From: a virus
Lineage: Duplodnaviria > Caudoviricetes
Direction: 5' to 3' (one strand)
Length of the DNA stretch: 26,899 bases
IMG/VR virus record: IMGVR_UViG_3300027801_000134
Location: 1-26,899 of that record
The notes under the pieces were generated by a model that was given only the letters and a program-made list of their open reading frames with translations, did not search any database and had not been told where the DNA came from. This document shows, piece by piece, positions 24,789-26,899 of this stretch. Position 1 is the stretch's first letter. Each line of letters starts with the position of its first letter. The translations under genes were made by a program, and so were the position numbers.

Positions 24789-25484
24789 TCACTCTTCTTC
24801 AAGATTCGCGGTGTTCGCCATAAGCATACCGCGTAGGTGAGGGGGGACTGTGAACTCTTCGCCACTACCATTCGTGTAGTTCGTGCCGAGTAATACAATA
24901 GAGCGGTGAAGTAATCCATCCCTTAAATTATCAAGACCGTCTGCTAATTCAATTGCTTCATCTCTTTCAATCACGCGCAACTCTTGCCACGCGAAGAACA
25001 AATCGTCACCTGCAATGATGTGGTAATCCATAGGTGTCATCAACACTTCATGGTCTTCGCCTTCATCATTCGGGTGTGTGATTCGGACACTCCATTGGTC
25101 TATGATAACTGATTCGCCTTGCTCGTTTTGAGAGGGGACAGCATTGACCGACCATTCGCCATGCGCGAGGTCAAAGTTAACGAGAGGGATATTTGATTCG
25201 GGGTCTGTCCATTCCTTAGCCGCTTGTTGTGCCGCCTCCATTGGGTCCTCAATTAGTTCCGCGTCTTCGGAAGAGAAGGTGACATTAATCTCACCACATA
25301 CTTTTGATACTCTATCCACAGCCATTGCCGATTCGGCAGGGTATTGTCGTAGTGTTAATTCGCTTATGTCTGTCTTCTCAATCAACGCGCCACTAACACT
25401 CCAAGTATCACCAAGAGCCATACTGTCAAAGTGTGTCTTCGTCCATTCAATATCTTCTTCTGCGGGCGACCAATTATCAATCAT
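24789..25484 (-). CDS. Acidic hypothetical protein, 231 aa
   Basis: Long ORF with SD (GGAG) and tight packing; no recognisable motif. Confidence 0.7.
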   Translation of the reverse strand: MIDNWSPAEEDIEWTKTHFDSMALGDTWSVSGALIEKTDISELTLRQYPAESAMAVDRVSKVCGEINVTFSSEDAELIEDPMEAAQQAAKEWTDPESNIPLVNFDLAHGEWSVNAVPSQNEQGESVIIDQWSVRITHPNDEGEDHEVLMTPMDYHIIAGDDLFFAWQELRVIERDEAIELADGLDNLRDGLLHRSIVLLGTNYTNGSGEEFTVPPHLRGMLMANTANLEEE

Positions 25485-25779
25485 TCATACTCACTACTCC
25501 TTCAAAGAAGACTGCCTTCTCGCAACAAAGCGCGGGGTAAAACACACTACCGTCAGCGAGTAACAAACATACACGCTTTCGGTCAACCTCTTTGCCGCAA
25601 CTACAAATCGCCGCACCGAGTAACATGTCCGCGTATTCATACGATACTACCCGCACTCGGTCTCCATCCCTGTTAATCATTAGTTTGGTTAACGGAATAC
25701 TTACTCCGTCACGCGGTCTTATGATAGAACCTGTGTCGTTGAAGTCTGCGGTTGTGAGGTTATAATCTCGTTCCAACAA
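25477..25779 (-). CDS. Hypothetical protein with Cys cluster (start uncertain)
   Basis: ICSCG...ALCC. The start is placed downstream of the 25814..26017 gene, at a TTG after GAAGGTGG. Confidence 0.5.
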   Translation of the reverse strand: MLERDYNLTTADFNDTGSIIRPRDGVSIPLTKLMINRDGDRVRVVSYEYADMLLGAAICSCGKEVDRKRVCLLLADGSVFYPALCCEKAVFFEGVVSMND

Positions 25780-25813
25780 ACCACCTTCTTGGTTCACCCC
25801 AACAGGCTTGAGG

Positions 25814-26017
25814 TTAAGACTGTTCCCACGCTTCGGCAAACATGAAATGAGTGTTCCACACCTTGATACAGACATTACAATGTATGTCCATGTGGTCAAA
25901 AATCCCTTCGTGCGCTGTTCGGAAAACAAACATATCGGCCATGTGGTCTTCACCCGATGGACATTTGGTTCGTAGGATAAACGCGTCAAGAGGTTCGCCT
26001 TCAATTACTGCGCTCAT
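25814..26017 (-). CDS. Small Zn-ribbon-like protein, 67 aa
   Basis: KCPSGEDH...HCNVC; SD GGAGTGA upstream. Confidence 0.55.
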   Translation of the reverse strand: MSAVIEGEPLDAFILRTKCPSGEDHMADMFVFRTAHEGIFDHMDIHCNVCIKVWNTHFMFAEAWEQS

Positions 26018-26023
26018 GATTCA

Positions 26024-26248
26024 TCACTCCAACGGATGCTCAATGTCTTTGTCTCCAAGAACCCAACGCAGGGATTTGATAACTCCCTCCAATGCTTTGA
26101 AGTTGCGGGCATGGAACAGTCTCTCTTTCTTTGTGAGGTTGTTGTTACTGACTTGAACCGCGTGTTTGTTCTGCTTCTTCTCGGCCTTGCGTAACATGGA
26201 ATCAATCTGCGCCCATGAACGGTCATAGGTGAAAGGGTCATCTGTCAT
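26024..26248 (-). CDS. Small helical hypothetical protein
   Basis: SD GAGGAG; ...KALEGVIKSLRWVLG... Confidence 0.6.
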   Translation of the reverse strand: MTDDPFTYDRSWAQIDSMLRKAEKKQNKHAVQVSNNNLTKKERLFHARNFKALEGVIKSLRWVLGDKDIEHPLE

Positions 26249-26378
26249 CACTCCTCACCGTTTTCTCCGCGTCTTCTTCTATTACATAACATGTTCCTTT
26301 ACACGCGGGGCATTCGTCATCAATACCCAACCCTAAATCATACAGCCCTCCTGTTCCGTAACATTCTTCGCACTTCAT
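26238..26378 (-). CDS. Unannotated DnaJ-type Zn-finger microprotein, 46 aa
   Basis: MKCEECYGTGGLYDLGLGIDDECPACKGTCYVIEEDAEKTVRSDDR; ATGA overlap with the helicase stop. Confidence 0.7.
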   Translation of the reverse strand: MKCEECYGTGGLYDLGLGIDDECPACKGTCYVIEEDAEKTVRSDDR

Positions 26379-26899
26379 AACATCACCATCTTGCCGGACT
26401 TGAGTTTCTTAGTTAGTTCACTGACAATTGCATTGCGCGCACCGTCTTTACCATCAAGTGTGCTTTGCACAAGGTGTGCTTTCGCTGTCACAACTTCATC
26501 AAACATGCTGTCAATGGTATTGTTAGCGCTTAGTATAACTTGATGACATGTAGCATCCTCTTGTGTCATGCGTCTCACTCTCGCCGCCGCTTGTTGCTCC
26601 CATGCTGGAACCCATTCGCGTTCAACGAACAGCGTAGTGTTTGCTCTCTCAAGGTTAACTCCTTCTTTCATTGCCATCGTTGAACAGATGAGGAAGTTTA
26701 TCTCCCCTGCTTGGAAGTCGTTAATCAGTAACTCTCGTAGCGCACCCGTAGTATCACCTGTTATCTTTGCTACATCATCAAGACGCTCATACAATTGCTC
26801 TATCACATCTTTGTGATGCGCGAAGATAACAAGTGGCTTACCTGTGCTGTCATGGTAATCATTCGCCCACTTAACAGCCGCGTCAACCTTGAGGCGACC
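26375..26899 (-). CDS. SNF2-family (HARP/SMARCAL1-like) helicase, C-terminal part; 5'-truncated
   Basis: Frame open to the window edge: KPLVIFAHHKDV, KITG, FQAG, EGVNLERA, EWVP...QAAARVRRMTQ. Confidence 0.9.
   Translation of the reverse strand, partial: GRLKVDAAVKWANDYHDSTGKPLVIFAHHKDVIEQLYERLDDVAKITGDTTGALRELLINDFQAGEINFLICSTMAMKEGVNLERANTTLFVEREWVPAWEQQAAARVRRMTQEDATCHQVILSANNTIDSMFDEVVTAKAHLVQSTLDGKDGARNAIVSELTKKLKSGKMVML

Noticed and set aside
24785-24919. N-terminal extension of the 491-aa ligase-like ORF
   Set aside because: It overlaps the upstream gene by about 130 bp; a better start with SD lies at 24784.
25780-26004. N-terminal extension of ORF 25477..26004
   Set aside because: It overlaps the more plausible 25814..26017 gene in another frame.

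Overview
A gene-dense fragment of an archaeal head-tail dsDNA virus. The gene set (viral group II chaperonin, PolB, PCNA-like clamp, RFC, fused primase, ERCC4 nuclease) best fits the magroviruses of Marine Group II Euryarchaeota (Poseidoniales); this assignment is inferred from gene content, not from a search. Bases 1-8039 (+ strand) hold the end of a virion/tail module, with a tail-fibre-like protein carrying 162-bp repeats, plus several unusual low-complexity proteins. Bases 8040-26899 (- strand) hold a replication, recombination and chaperone module. The most striking unexplained signal is a 12-residue tag, (G/S)EPM(D/E/N)(I/L)(A/V)(W/F/M)xLLK. It occurs four times in full and about twice in part across three otherwise unrelated + strand proteins. 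It punctuates a 734-aa mosaic protein made of Zn-finger, ADP-ribosyltransferase-like and HNH-like modules, which suggests a tag-addressed virion cargo or polyprotein-processing system. Other signals are a DNA ligase homologue lacking its catalytic lysine, a degenerate LAGLIDADG-like gene beside a repeat element shared by two promoter regions, non-canonical PolB motifs, chains of unannotated microproteins, and strong avoidance of six 4-bp palindromes. No rRNA, tRNA or CRISPR array was seen.
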